A stretch of DNA of 64,000 nt, taken from positions 40,720 through 104,719 of IMG/VR virus record IMGVR_UViG_3300046332_000238. The stretch is one strand, 5' to 3'. This DNA comes from a virus. This document shows, one piece after another, positions 46,248 to 57,877 of this stretch (position 1 is its first letter; each line of letters opens with the position of its first letter). The notes beneath the pieces were generated by a model that worked only from the letters and a program-made list of their open reading frames with translations, was not told the DNA's origin and did not search any database. A program made the translations under genes and the position numbers.

Positions 46248-48560
46248 ATGAGTACAGTAAAAATTTCCGAGTTAGCATCATTAAACAACATAGGGTCTAA
46301 TACATCAAATACATTAATTGTTGGTGTTGATTTGGCCACAGGTGTTACAGGTAAATTTACTGTAACCAAGTTATCAGAAACGATTTATGCAAACAACACA
46401 TTAAATGTGGGAAATAATGCAATTCTTTTCCCTGGTGTTATTGGACAATTTGCAAGTAATAATGAAAGTTATTTACAATTAAACATCCAAAATAAAAATG
46501 CCAATGGGTCAAGTGATATTGTTGCAACCGCAGATATTGGCACAGACGTTACACACTATATCGATTTTGGTATAAACGGGTCAGACTATAATTTTGGTGA
46601 CACACAACCTTACAGACCGATGGATGGTTATCTAATCGTACAAGGTGGTGCAACAGGAACTGATCCTGGTGGTAATTTGATGATTGGTACACTGACAGAG
46701 ACTAAAGACATTGATTTTGTTCAGGGTGGTTTGGAGGACGGTAATGTAGTCGCATCATTCATCTACGGTTCAGGCCTTAAACTAAGACAGAAACCATTAA
46801 TCTTTGCTGATGGATCAACACAGAACACATCAACTGAAGCTGCAAGCATATATGCAAATTCAGCATTCGATCAAGCAAACTTAGCGTTATTGATTGCATC
46901 AACACCACAAGCAAATGCAAACTCAGCTGCATTGTATGCTAATGGTGCTTTCATTCAGGCAAACTCAGCATTCACTAAAGCAAACAACGCATTAGCAAAC
47001 ACAACAGGTACATTTGGTGGCGATTTAACCATTACAGGAAATGTTGTTGCAAAAGGACTATCAACATCAAATGGTTTAGTTTCTATCTATAATGCAATAT
47101 TTCCCGCAGGGAATGCAGCATTAGAAATTGTTGGGTCAAATGGTGGCGCACAACAAACACCAGCAAACGATGGTTACATGTTGCACATCACAGGTAAAGA
47201 TGCTGTACCAACAAGAGTCATCACTGATTCATTTGGCACAAACAACTATTCAGTATATTCTGGTCGTATGGCTAGAGGTACTGCTGCATCACCATTAGCG
47301 ACAGCAAACAATGATGTTATTGCGCGATATTCTTCTAGTTCATATGATGGTGTATCATTTTCAACTCTTGGTGTTGGTAGAGTAGACTTTGTTGCTACTG
47401 AAAATCATGCACCAACAACTAAAGGTACAGAGATGCAGATTTGGACCATCAATAATGGTTCAAACACATTGGTGAAAACTGCAACATTTAATGGTACAGT
47501 TGCAACATTTCCAAATGATATTCGCGCAAACAATGTTGTGTTAACTGGATCGTTAACTGCAAATTCATTGGCAGGACAAGTTTTCTTTGCCAATATTTCA
47601 ATTGGTTCTTCTACTGCAAACACAGTTCAGTTTTATCCACTTGTTAATGCACCGACACAAATGTCTGGACAAATTTGGTATTCTGCAAATGCAATATCAT
47701 TAATTACAGATACTGATATTGCTGGTGATAGACCTCAAGTTGGTAAAGTGTTGTATGAAAGAGTGTTTAATTCTACAGGATCAACGATTGTTGCAAACAG
47801 ATGGGTGAGATTGAACGGTAACACAACACCAAATTCTGTTCCATATATTGCACTTGCTGATGCAACATCAGCTGCAAACTCGGTGGTGGGAGGTTTTGTT
47901 AAAAATGCAATTGCAAATGGTGCATATGGGTTTATATACACAAAAGGGATTGCAGATTTATTGGATATGTCTGCGTTTAACAATGCCGATTTGTTATTCT
48001 TATCCGCAACACCAGGTCTTGCATCGAACGTTGCGCCAGTGGGTACATCACTTGCAACAATTCAAATTGCCAAAGTGTTATCCAACAGTTCGACAGTTGG
48101 AAAATTGCAAATTGAAATTATACCAAGACCAGAATATGGCAAAGCAAACGGCGCAGTCACCTTTGCAAACAATAATATTTCTGTTACAAGTAATACAGTA
48201 ATCATTAATGAAAATGCAGGAACATTATCTGTTACAAATGGTGTCATTAAAACACAACGCAGTTATGTTGGTGCTCAGACAGCAGTTACGATTAATTTTA
48301 CAACAGATACTTTAGTAAGAGCAAATACTTCTGCTGGATTAACAGTAACTCCTGCAAACTTTTTAAGTGGTAAAGAAGTTTTATTAATCATCACAAATAC
48401 TGCTGGTACAAACCAAACGATTGTGCATGGTGTATCTGCATTAAACTCATCAGTTGGTGCAACATCATTTGCATTACAAGCAACCAAATCTGCATTGTTG
48501 AGATATGTTTCTTTTGATGGTGACGTAGGAAATACTTACGTTTTTGCAACCTACGCATAA
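46248..48560 (+). CDS. fibre-like virion structural protein
   Basis: MSTVKISEL N-terminus; ANGAFIQAN repeats. Confidence 0.7.
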   Translation: MSTVKISELASLNNIGSNTSNTLIVGVDLATGVTGKFTVTKLSETIYANNTLNVGNNAILFPGVIGQFASNNESYLQLNIQNKNANGSSDIVATADIGTDVTHYIDFGINGSDYNFGDTQPYRPMDGYLIVQGGATGTDPGGNLMIGTLTETKDIDFVQGGLEDGNVVASFIYGSGLKLRQKPLIFADGSTQNTSTEAASIYANSAFDQANLALLIASTPQANANSAALYANGAFIQANSAFTKANNALANTTGTFGGDLTITGNVVAKGLSTSNGLVSIYNAIFPAGNAALEIVGSNGGAQQTPANDGYMLHITGKDAVPTRVITDSFGTNNYSVYSGRMARGTAASPLATANNDVIARYSSSSYDGVSFSTLGVGRVDFVATENHAPTTKGTEMQIWTINNGSNTLVKTATFNGTVATFPNDIRANNVVLTGSLTANSLAGQVFFANISIGSSTANTVQFYPLVNAPTQMSGQIWYSANAISLITDTDIAGDRPQVGKVLYERVFNSTGSTIVANRWVRLNGNTTPNSVPYIALADATSAANSVVGGFVKNAIANGAYGFIYTKGIADLLDMSAFNNADLLFLSATPGLASNVAPVGTSLATIQIAKVLSNSSTVGKLQIEIIPRPEYGKANGAVTFANNNISVTSNTVIINENAGTLSVTNGVIKTQRSYVGAQTAVTINFTTDTLVRANTSAGLTVTPANFLSGKEVLLIITNTAGTNQTIVHGVSALNSSVGATSFALQATKSALLRYVSFDGDVGNTYVFATYA

Positions 48561-48570
48561 TAAATAAAAC

Positions 48571-49938
48571 ATGGCAAATCAAAATATACTTACGAACGGC
48601 GCAAAGGTTGCTCAGATAGAGCAGGTGTTCTTCTCACCTGTTGCTGTTGTTCCACCTTTTATTGATACACCAATATCCACAACATATTGTTTCTTAGCAA
48701 AAGTTGATCCTTGGAGTGATGAGAATGATCCTCCTGAACCGACTCAAGATGTTGCATCAATCAAGAAAATATTTAAGAATATGTTTGTTGCAAAACAAAT
48801 ACATTCAAATGATATTTCACCGGTCATTGCAAGAGTCGATTGGAATAACGGAACAATTTATGATTTTTATCGTGATGATATTGATTTACTACTACAAGAT
48901 GTGAATGGAAACAACGTCTATAATTATTATGTAAAAAATAAATTTGACCAAGTATTCAAATGTTTATGGAATAATAATGGTGGTGCATCACTCAACGAAC
49001 CATTCTTTGAACCAGGTTCTTATGACACTAACAACATTTTTACTGGTCTTGATGGTTATAAGTGGAAATATATTTACACCATTGACACTGGTTCAAAAGT
49101 TAAATTCATGGACTCCACTTGGATGCCAGTTCCAGTAGGTTCAAACACTCCAAATCCATTGATAACTTCTGCTGGTGCAGGAAGTCTCGATGTAATTAAT
49201 GTATTGGATGGTGGTTTTAATTATGATACATCAAATGCAATCGTCACTGTAACGGTTACTGGTGATGGTACCGGTGCAACTGCTGTAGCAAATGTATCTG
49301 GTGGCCAAATTGCAGATATCATTGTTACATCACCGGGGTCAAATTATACATTTGCAAATGTTGCAATTACTTCCGAATTGGGCACAGGTGCAGTTGCTAT
49401 TGCACCAACTTCACCTGTTGGTGGTCATGGTTTTGATCCTATTGGTGAATTGGGTTGTTCACATATTATGTTTACTGCTGAATTTAATGGAACAGAAGGT
49501 GGTTTAATACCAACAGATATCGACTTTCACCAATTAGGTTTGATAATTAATCCAACCACACGTTCACTGACACCAAATCCAGCAAACGGTGCAATATACA
49601 GCACAACAACCGACTTTTTGGTAGCACCAGGTTTTGGTGCATATACAAATGATGAAGTGGTATTTCAAGGTGCGACAGTAGAAACCGCAACATTTACCGG
49701 TAAAGTTTTAAGTTTCAATGCAACAACCAATGTAATTAGAGTTCTAAATATAGTCGGAACACCAATACTCAATGCACCGGTTTTTGGTGACACATCAAGC
49801 ACTACAAGAACATTGATGACTTTTACTCCACCAAACTTTACTATATTCTCAGGATATTTGTCCTTTGTAGAAAATAGATCAGGTGTGCAGAGAAGTCCAG
49901 ATGGCATCGAACAATTTAAGTTTGTATTAGGTTACTAG
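48571..49938 (+). CDS. 8: baseplate wedge gp8
   Basis: R.DW..G..Y, VFKCL.NN, DGYKWKY.YT, P.GGHG.D, ENR....R. Confidence 0.88.
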   Translation: MANQNILTNGAKVAQIEQVFFSPVAVVPPFIDTPISTTYCFLAKVDPWSDENDPPEPTQDVASIKKIFKNMFVAKQIHSNDISPVIARVDWNNGTIYDFYRDDIDLLLQDVNGNNVYNYYVKNKFDQVFKCLWNNNGGASLNEPFFEPGSYDTNNIFTGLDGYKWKYIYTIDTGSKVKFMDSTWMPVPVGSNTPNPLITSAGAGSLDVINVLDGGFNYDTSNAIVTVTVTGDGTGATAVANVSGGQIADIIVTSPGSNYTFANVAITSELGTGAVAIAPTSPVGGHGFDPIGELGCSHIMFTAEFNGTEGGLIPTDIDFHQLGLIINPTTRSLTPNPANGAIYSTTTDFLVAPGFGAYTNDEVVFQGATVETATFTGKVLSFNATTNVIRVLNIVGTPILNAPVFGDTSSTTRTLMTFTPPNFTIFSGYLSFVENRSGVQRSPDGIEQFKFVLGY

Positions 49939-49949
49939 TTCATAAGTAT

Positions 49950-49975
49950 TATAAATACTCCTATAATAATAGGAG
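49950..49975 (+). promoter_or_regulatory. late promoter overlapping an RBS-sequestering hairpin
   Basis: TATAAATA 49950-49957; CTCCTAT-aata-ATAGGAG 49958-49975. Confidence 0.75.
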
Positions 49976-49978
49976 ATT

Positions 49979-50728
49979 ATGATGGCATGTATTTACAAAG
50001 TTACAAATAAATTAAATAAAAAAACTTATATTGGTTATAGTAAAAATTTTGCAAAAAGAAAAAGTGTACATAAAGAAAATGCATTAAAGAGAAATGTTGG
50101 TTTTGTTTTCTACCAAGCAATTCGTAAATACGGATGGGACAATTTTGAATGGGAAATAATATATGAAAGTTGGGATGATAAACATTGTTTAACTGTTATG
50201 GAACCATACTTTATCACAGAATATAATTCTTTTGGTGAAAATGGTTACAATATGACAAGAGGTGGTGAACGTGGACCAGACACAATAAAAAGAAAACCAC
50301 TCACTGAAGAACAAAAAAATAATATTAGTGTACAAACAAAAAAAAATGCTTTGCGTGGTGAAAACCATCCCATGTATGGAACCAAAGCGAATTCAAAATT
50401 TCTACAATCAGCAAAAACCTCCATGTTAGGTAAACAACATTCAGAAGAAACTAAAAAACAACAAAGTAATTCCCGAAAAGAATATCTGAAATTGAATAAT
50501 GCAGGAATGTTAGGTAAGAAACATTCAACTGAAACCAAACAAAAAATGAAGTCTAAAAGGTTAGAAAAATGGGAATTATATAATGGTGAAACCAAACAAA
50601 CCATATTAATAGATGATTTGATGGAATATAGTACAATAAATAATATAAATTACAAAACTGTTTACGCTTGGACATATCAAATAATTGATGGTAAACAAAG
50701 ACTAAAAAAGGTAGAAAATGGCTCTTAA
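49979..50728 (+). CDS. GIY-YIG homing endonuclease (NUMOD3)
   Basis: IYKVTN..N.K.YIG, GYNMT.GGE, GK.HS.ETK repeats. Confidence 0.88.
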   Translation: MMACIYKVTNKLNKKTYIGYSKNFAKRKSVHKENALKRNVGFVFYQAIRKYGWDNFEWEIIYESWDDKHCLTVMEPYFITEYNSFGENGYNMTRGGERGPDTIKRKPLTEEQKNNISVQTKKNALRGENHPMYGTKANSKFLQSAKTSMLGKQHSEETKKQQSNSRKEYLKLNNAGMLGKKHSTETKQKMKSKRLEKWELYNGETKQTILIDDLMEYSTINNINYKTVYAWTYQIIDGKQRLKKVENGS

Positions 50729-53700
50729 TTTTAATGTTGATCCTTATTTTGATGACTTTGATCCGTCAAAGAACTTTCATAGGATTTTATTCAAGCCGGG
50801 CGTGGCAGTTCAAGCGAGAGAATTAACACAATCGCAAACATTATTGCAGAGTCAAATCTCTAAATTTGCTGATAATATTTTCTCTCAAAATACACCAGTC
50901 AATGGCGGCAAGGTTACTACCAACTTAAATTGTCAATATTTAAAATTAAATCCACAATTTAATGGTGTAAACATTGTTGCTGAAGATTTTAAAAATAGAA
51001 TCATTCAAGATGCAACAGGAACAATTCTTGCAAAAGTTATTGCGACTGCTGAAGCCACAGGTACTGATGTTACTGCGGGTGATCCACCAACACTAATCGT
51101 TACATACTTCACTGGTGGAGAGTTCACAGATGCAATGAACATTTTTCCAACAGACGGTTCAAATTTTGCGGCAACGACTATTGGTATTCCAGACGGAACA
51201 ACATGTACCGGCAAAGCTTCTGTTGCATCCATTTCTGACGGTGTATTCTATGTGAGAAACGGGTTCTTTACCTCATCAACACAAAATGATGATGGTACAT
51301 TCTCCAAGTATTCTATTGGTAACTTTGTATCTGTCCAACCACAAACAACAATTCTAAACAAATACAGTAATGTACCATCATTTAGATTGGGTCTGTCTAT
51401 AACTGAAACCGTTGCAGACTATGTGGATGATCCTTCACTATTAGATCCAGCAGTTGGTGCATCCAACTATCAAGCACCAGGTGCTGATAGATATCAAATT
51501 ACATTGTCATTAATCACGTTGCCATTAGAATTGGGTAACGATGACCAGTTTATCGAATTGGTTCGTATCGAAAATGGTATTATTGTTAAGCAAGTTGATA
51601 GTACCGTATATGCAACTATCGACGATTACTTTGCAAAACGCACATTTGATACTAATGGTGACTTTGTTGTTAATGATTTTAACTTAACTCCTGTTGCGAA
51701 TACATCCAACAGTGCAAAGTATGACCTAAAAATTGGTAAAGGTGTTGCATATGTTCGTGGTTATAAGATTGAAAATCAATCAGATACAACATTAATCAAT
51801 GATCGTGCGCGTACACAACAAACACTAGACAATAATTCTGTGTTTGTGGACTACGGTTCATACTTTTATGTTGATACTGTTAATGGACTATTCGATGTAA
51901 CCACAGCATTCCCTGTTGATTTACATTGTATTCCTGCAGCAAACATTGCAACTGCAAACGCGACAACCTATGCATCAACATTAGTTGGTACAGGTTATAT
52001 TCGCAATATGACATATGACCGTAACACAACTGCAGCAAATACTAAGTCATATGTGTTCAAATCATTCATGTACAATATTAGTACAAACCAATTAAATGGT
52101 AATGTTGCAAGTGCAAACGCAACGACGATTACATTAAGTCCAACATCATCAGGACAATTATCACCATATGCAAATGCATATTATGGTGTCGTTATTAATA
52201 TTCCAACAGGTACAGGTTCAGGTTATACAGGACGTATTACTGCATATGATCCAGTAAATAAAACTGCCACTGTAAACCCAACTTTTACGATTCCACCAGA
52301 CAGTTCATCAACCTTTTCATTTAAGTTTGATACATTTGATGTGGATTCACTTGCAAATACTGCAACTGGCACTACAACAATCAACTCAAGTGCAAACATT
52401 AATGCATCAAGTAAGTCGAATGGTGTTGGTACAGGTGATACAATTCTGAACAATCCAAATGTACCAGAACTATTGTACAATATTGGTTATCCATATGTTG
52501 CAACACTAAGTGATAGTTCATACTCATCCACTAAAGTGTGGAGAACTAAAGCATTCAGTGGTACAGGCACAGTTTCATTAGCACTGACATTACCAGTTGC
52601 ACTTCAAGGACAAATGACTTTTGCTGGTGGTGTTGGTGCATTATCACCAGATGCTATTTTACAAAACTACACAGTAATTGTAACAAGTACCACAGATACT
52701 GCAAACAATGGTGTTGTTGGTTCAGTTATGGATTTTACATCATCAGGCAATACAGTTACTATTGCAGCTGGTGCAAATACTGTTACGTTCACATCAACAA
52801 AATACAAAACACCATTAACTGTAAGTGTAATCTCAAAGGTTAATATTGGTAATGCTGATGCAACTGACCACTTCTTAAAAACAAAAACATTGGTTACTGG
52901 TAACACAACCAATGTGAGTATTTCTGGACCAGATGGTATCATTGCATCAAATACATATGTTGACTTAACTGCGGGCCATGTCTATATTAAAAATGCAGCG
53001 TTATTATCAACTGGTCAACCACAATCATTGTATGTCACCGACTTAAAACGTTTAATTAAAGTTATTGACACCAAATCACCTGGTGCAGCTGCAACCGATG
53101 CAATGTTGTCAGATAGTTCATATGATGTAACCAGAAATTTCTCACTGAATAATGGTCAGAAAGATGGTTTATATGACCATGCGTTCTTAGTATTGAATGC
53201 TGGTGCACCAAAACCACGAGGCAACATTCTTGTAATATTTGATTTCTATACTCACTCATTTGCTGATGGTTATTTTAGTGTAGAATCGTATGTGAACGAA
53301 TCATATGCACAGATACCGTCATACACCGCACAGAATGGTAAAACGTATCTGTTGCGTGATGCATTGGACTTTAGACCATCTCGCAAGAATGGTACAAGCA
53401 CATTTGACTATGAATACAGTGCAAATCCAAGCACAAATGATACAGGTTTCTATATTCCACAAGACTTGACAAATTGGTTGAGTACATATTCATTCTACTA
53501 TGGCAGAAAAGATAAACTTGTACTAACCAAAGATAAAAACTTCCAGATCATTCAGGGCAATCCATCAACAAATCCAATTCTACCAGTACAACCTGATGGT
53601 TCATTGTTGATTGCAAATTTAACACATGATCCATATACAGCATACCTACCAAGTGAAACACCAAAAGGTGTATTGCCAAACCTATCATTAGAAAAAGTTA

Positions 53701-56700
53701 AACATAGACGTTGGACAATGGATGACATTTCTGACCTACAGACTCGTGTTAATAATATTGAATACTATACCACACTAAATCTGTTAGAACAAAATGCACA
53801 ATCATTACAAGTTCCAGATGCAAATGGTTTAAACAGATTCAAAAATGGTATTCTTGTTGATGACTTCTCGACCTATGCTGTTGGTGATACCAGCAACCCA
53901 GACTTTTCTGCATCGATTGATCGTATCGGTAAGAAAATGACTGCTGCTCAGTTGGTACAGAACTACCCATTAAGTTCAATCAACACATTGAATGCGATTG
54001 GTAAACCTTCAACATCTGCAAACACATTAGGATATCAGTTACATAATATTGGTAAAGGCACAAACATCTTTACTTTACCATACACAACAACACCAATCAT
54101 CAAACAACCACTGGCAAGTCAGACCGTCAACTTAAATCCGTTTACGACTCCAGTATATCAAGGTGTGTGTTATCTGAACCCACCGATGGACAACTGGGTT
54201 GATAATACACAAGAACCAGACCTATTGATTGTTGATCCTAATTTACAGATTTACCAAGAATCAAATACACTGAATACATTAAGTGTAACCAACTGGCAAA
54301 CAATACCAGGCACACAAGTTACCAGTGTTGGCCCAAGAACGGTGAAAAATCGTGTTGCAACACAAACCACTACAATAACATCAACACAATCACAAACCAC
54401 TACACAAGGTTATTGGAGCAACTTAGGTTCATCATACAGTTCAAATAATGGTTATATTACAGACATAAGTATTCAACCATATATTCGTTCACAATCTTTA
54501 TTGTTCAAAGCAAAAGGTCTAAAATTAAATACTCCAGTACAAACATTCTTTGATGGTGTTTCTGTTGATGAATTCATTTCAAATCCTGACGTATTGGAAC
54601 TGACTGGTGTAACAGGTGAATTTGCAGAAGATGATGTTATTGGTTATAAGGATACAGGATTAAATAAATTTTTACCAATCGCAACTGTTGTATCAATCTA
54701 CAAATATCCAAATTCAACAAATGTTCGTTTGTATATTGCAAGTAACTTCCACACAACATTTGGTAACGTTTCTGGTGCAACCACTATACAAAATGCATTC
54801 TTCGATGAGAATGGAGTTTATGTTAGTAAAACCGCAGAGGGTACATTACCTGTTTCAAGTGTAGTATCTTTTAACAATAATGGTTTTGTTTCTTCTGTTG
54901 GTGGTGCATTTACCGATGCAACATTAACAAGTAAAACTTTATATCGTGCATCACACCCACGTTACAATGCGTTCTCACAAGCACACGGTGTTTGGAGTAC
55001 ACAAAAGAAAACAGGAAACGTTGACATATCATTTACAGTTAACTTCCCTAAGACTGCTACATATTACTTCCAAGCAGTGGCCGACGAAGATGGTAAAGTT
55101 TATCTAGATGGTGCAGAAAAAATCGACATGTTAGTTGAAGGTACTGCTTATCTGTACAGTCAATCAGTTACTGCCGGCGACCATGTTGTTAGAATAACAG
55201 CAAATGCAGGTTCACCTTCAGATAACTTCATTGCGGTTGCTATTGCGGATACAGCATGGACAGCAGGTAAACCAACCACAACAGGTAATATAATATTCAC
55301 TACTATCAACCCACCAGCAATAGTTCCAACGAATGTGGGTGCAGTATTCCCAATGGCTGGTGGTGGTGCATACTATACCGGTGTAACACAGATTGCATTA
55401 AGTCCTTCTGCTGCTAATACAGACAACTATTATGTCGGCACCAAAGTTAACATCACATCAACTTTTGTATCACAAACTGTTGCTGGTTCAGCTGCAAATC
55501 GTTCTACACAAACATATAAACCAACAATTACTGCATACAACGGCGACACCAGACTGGCAACATTAAGTAGTCCGGTTAATATTTCTGTTGGTGTCAATAC
55601 ATTAATTGGTGGTAATATCACATCACCATATTCTCTAAGTGGTTTAAAATCAAACTATGTATTAGCTGTGGCACAAGGCGGACATGCGACTTTATCCACA
55701 AATGAAAATGGAGACTTTGTTGGTATTTTTAATGTACCAGAAGGCACATTCCGAAACGGAGACCGTATCTTCCGTGTGGATAACAGAACAACACCTAATG
55801 ATCCAGGTTCTGCAACAACATGGACTGAAGCAACATTTACCGCATCTGGATTATCAACAAGATCACAATCCATAGATTTTGCGCCGTCGATTTCTGCTGC
55901 AAAAAATGTTTTCACCAAGACTGCACAAAAATCTTTAGTGAGTACAACAACAGTATCAAATCCATATGATCCTGTTGCACAAGGATTTATTATCGACAAT
56001 GATACATATCCAAATGGTGCATTTATTAGTTCTGCGAAGTTCTTCTTCCAGAGCAAACCAACCACAACAAGCATACCAGTTACACTATCAATTGTTGGTA
56101 CACTGAATGGTTATCCAAATGGTGTAACATTAGATCACTCTATCGTTACAAAAACACCAGATACCGTAAAGGCATCAAGTGCGCCACATTATTTGGATGC
56201 AACAACTTATACAGAGTTTACTTTTGCTGCGCCAGTATTCATTCAACCTGGTGTGTTATATGCATTTATATTGCAGTCAGCATCACAAGATTATAATGTA
56301 TATGTTGCTGCACAGAACTCAACTGCGTTGGCATCTTCAGTGAAAAACTTGCCTACTGATGAAACACCAACCAATATTACTAAGATTGGTACATCACCAT
56401 ATGTTGCTGCAATGTTTGAATCGCAAAACTCAATTACTTGGACAGCAGATCAAACCAAGGCATTGATGTTCACCGTAAATCGTTGTGTGTTTGATACAAC
56501 CAAGTCACCAAAAATCAGAATGGTTACACCTAAATTCTTGCCAACAAGAAAAGGTGTCAATAATGACATTCAGGCATTTTACGACTCAAATTTAATCAAT
56601 AACGTAGATGGCGTACACTCTATTGTGGATCAACCAAGTGATGCATATAATATCAGTGTAACAGATTTTGTTCCAACAGATACAAATATTGGTTACACAT

Positions 56701-57653
56701 ATCAACCAACACTGTTGTCAACAAATCAGTTGGATTCTGAAGTTGCTGTGATTCCTGGTAAATTTGGTTCACCAACATATGACCATATTTACCTAAATGA
56801 TAATAAAGGTGAACGATTACTACAAGCAAACAATGCAAACTCATTCTCGTTGTTTGCACAATTGTCATCATCATCAAGTGCATTGAGTCCAATCATCTCC
56901 GATGACGGAACATCATTGTATAATATTCAATGGAACATTAATAACCTAGGTCTATCAAATAGTTCTATTGCATTAATTAATGGTGGTACTGGTTATTCTA
57001 ATAACATAAGTGGAAATACAACAGTATCAATTTCTGCACCAGACATTGCAGGCGGCACACAAGCATATGCATCCGCGAATGTAGATGGTGGTGTTATTCA
57101 GTCTGTTTGGATTACAACACCAGGCAGTGGTTACTTAACAACACCTACAATTACAGTATCTGATGCAAACACCACACCTGGTATTAATGCATCTGTGTCA
57201 GCAGTATCTGAATATTCACCTTCAGGTGGTAATGCGTTGGCTCGTTATGTGACCAAGAAAACCACACTAAGTGCATCAAATGATTCACAAGACTTGCGTG
57301 TGTTCTTTACTGCTTATCGACCAGCTGGTACAAACATCTATGTGTTCTATCGTGTACAAAATAGAGATGATTCACAAACATTTGAAAATGGTACATGGCA
57401 ACTAGCAACCTATGTGAACAATACAGGTAATGGTTTCTCCACATCAAGAGATGACACATTAGAATTTGAAGTTGCACCAGGAGTTAATGGTGTTGCTGAC
57501 GACCAAATCTCTTATACAAGCACAACAGGCACAACATACACATCATATAACCAATTTGCAATTAAGATTGTATTTGTAACTAGTGATAAAACAAATGTTC
57601 CATTCTTGACCGACATTCGTGCATTAGCATTACCATCAGGAACAGGCATCTAA
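50718..57653 (+). CDS. very large virion structural protein (DUF4815/VrlC-like)
   Basis: N..PY.DDFD..KN..RILF.PG..VQARELTQ.Q, APGADR, RFKNG..VD.F, DP.AQ.F. Confidence 0.8.
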   Translation: MALNFNVDPYFDDFDPSKNFHRILFKPGVAVQARELTQSQTLLQSQISKFADNIFSQNTPVNGGKVTTNLNCQYLKLNPQFNGVNIVAEDFKNRIIQDATGTILAKVIATAEATGTDVTAGDPPTLIVTYFTGGEFTDAMNIFPTDGSNFAATTIGIPDGTTCTGKASVASISDGVFYVRNGFFTSSTQNDDGTFSKYSIGNFVSVQPQTTILNKYSNVPSFRLGLSITETVADYVDDPSLLDPAVGASNYQAPGADRYQITLSLITLPLELGNDDQFIELVRIENGIIVKQVDSTVYATIDDYFAKRTFDTNGDFVVNDFNLTPVANTSNSAKYDLKIGKGVAYVRGYKIENQSDTTLINDRARTQQTLDNNSVFVDYGSYFYVDTVNGLFDVTTAFPVDLHCIPAANIATANATTYASTLVGTGYIRNMTYDRNTTAANTKSYVFKSFMYNISTNQLNGNVASANATTITLSPTSSGQLSPYANAYYGVVINIPTGTGSGYTGRITAYDPVNKTATVNPTFTIPPDSSSTFSFKFDTFDVDSLANTATGTTTINSSANINASSKSNGVGTGDTILNNPNVPELLYNIGYPYVATLSDSSYSSTKVWRTKAFSGTGTVSLALTLPVALQGQMTFAGGVGALSPDAILQNYTVIVTSTTDTANNGVVGSVMDFTSSGNTVTIAAGANTVTFTSTKYKTPLTVSVISKVNIGNADATDHFLKTKTLVTGNTTNVSISGPDGIIASNTYVDLTAGHVYIKNAALLSTGQPQSLYVTDLKRLIKVIDTKSPGAAATDAMLSDSSYDVTRNFSLNNGQKDGLYDHAFLVLNAGAPKPRGNILVIFDFYTHSFADGYFSVESYVNESYAQIPSYTAQNGKTYLLRDALDFRPSRKNGTSTFDYEYSANPSTNDTGFYIPQDLTNWLSTYSFYYGRKDKLVLTKDKNFQIIQGNPSTNPILPVQPDGSLLIANLTHDPYTAYLPSETPKGVLPNLSLEKVKHRRWTMDDISDLQTRVNNIEYYTTLNLLEQNAQSLQVPDANGLNRFKNGILVDDFSTYAVGDTSNPDFSASIDRIGKKMTAAQLVQNYPLSSINTLNAIGKPSTSANTLGYQLHNIGKGTNIFTLPYTTTPIIKQPLASQTVNLNPFTTPVYQGVCYLNPPMDNWVDNTQEPDLLIVDPNLQIYQESNTLNTLSVTNWQTIPGTQVTSVGPRTVKNRVATQTTTITSTQSQTTTQGYWSNLGSSYSSNNGYITDISIQPYIRSQSLLFKAKGLKLNTPVQTFFDGVSVDEFISNPDVLELTGVTGEFAEDDVIGYKDTGLNKFLPIATVVSIYKYPNSTNVRLYIASNFHTTFGNVSGATTIQNAFFDENGVYVSKTAEGTLPVSSVVSFNNNGFVSSVGGAFTDATLTSKTLYRASHPRYNAFSQAHGVWSTQKKTGNVDISFTVNFPKTATYYFQAVADEDGKVYLDGAEKIDMLVEGTAYLYSQSVTAGDHVVRITANAGSPSDNFIAVAIADTAWTAGKPTTTGNIIFTTINPPAIVPTNVGAVFPMAGGGAYYTGVTQIALSPSAANTDNYYVGTKVNITSTFVSQTVAGSAANRSTQTYKPTITAYNGDTRLATLSSPVNISVGVNTLIGGNITSPYSLSGLKSNYVLAVAQGGHATLSTNENGDFVGIFNVPEGTFRNGDRIFRVDNRTTPNDPGSATTWTEATFTASGLSTRSQSIDFAPSISAAKNVFTKTAQKSLVSTTTVSNPYDPVAQGFIIDNDTYPNGAFISSAKFFFQSKPTTTSIPVTLSIVGTLNGYPNGVTLDHSIVTKTPDTVKASSAPHYLDATTYTEFTFAAPVFIQPGVLYAFILQSASQDYNVYVAAQNSTALASSVKNLPTDETPTNITKIGTSPYVAAMFESQNSITWTADQTKALMFTVNRCVFDTTKSPKIRMVTPKFLPTRKGVNNDIQAFYDSNLINNVDGVHSIVDQPSDAYNISVTDFVPTDTNIGYTYQPTLLSTNQLDSEVAVIPGKFGSPTYDHIYLNDNKGERLLQANNANSFSLFAQLSSSSSALSPIISDDGTSLYNIQWNINNLGLSNSSIALINGGTGYSNNISGNTTVSISAPDIAGGTQAYASANVDGGVIQSVWITTPGSGYLTTPTITVSDANTTPGINASVSAVSEYSPSGGNALARYVTKKTTLSASNDSQDLRVFFTAYRPAGTNIYVFYRVQNRDDSQTFENGTWQLATYVNNTGNGFSTSRDDTLEFEVAPGVNGVADDQISYTSTTGTTYTSYNQFAIKIVFVTSDKTNVPFLTDIRALALPSGTGI

Positions 57654-57654
57654 T

Positions 57655-57876
57655 ATGTCTTTAGTAAAAGTTACTGGTACAAACTTTATCAGAGACACTT
57701 CAAGTATGGCCCTCATCAATAATGATGATGTGGCCAGAAACGAGTATTATTCCAAAGTGCGTATGTTAAAGACACAAAAGGATGAGATAAATACAGTAAA
57801 GTCTGAAATTGCCGGCATTAAAGAAGATATGGTTGAAATAAAAAAATTAATGCTAAAACTACTGGAAAAAGGTTAA
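57655..57876 (+). CDS. small coiled-coil virion-associated protein
   Basis: RD..S.A.IN motif, C-terminal heptads. Confidence 0.75.
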   Translation: MSLVKVTGTNFIRDTSSMALINNDDVARNEYYSKVRMLKTQKDEINTVKSEIAGIKEDMVEIKKLMLKLLEKG

Positions 57877-57877
57877 A

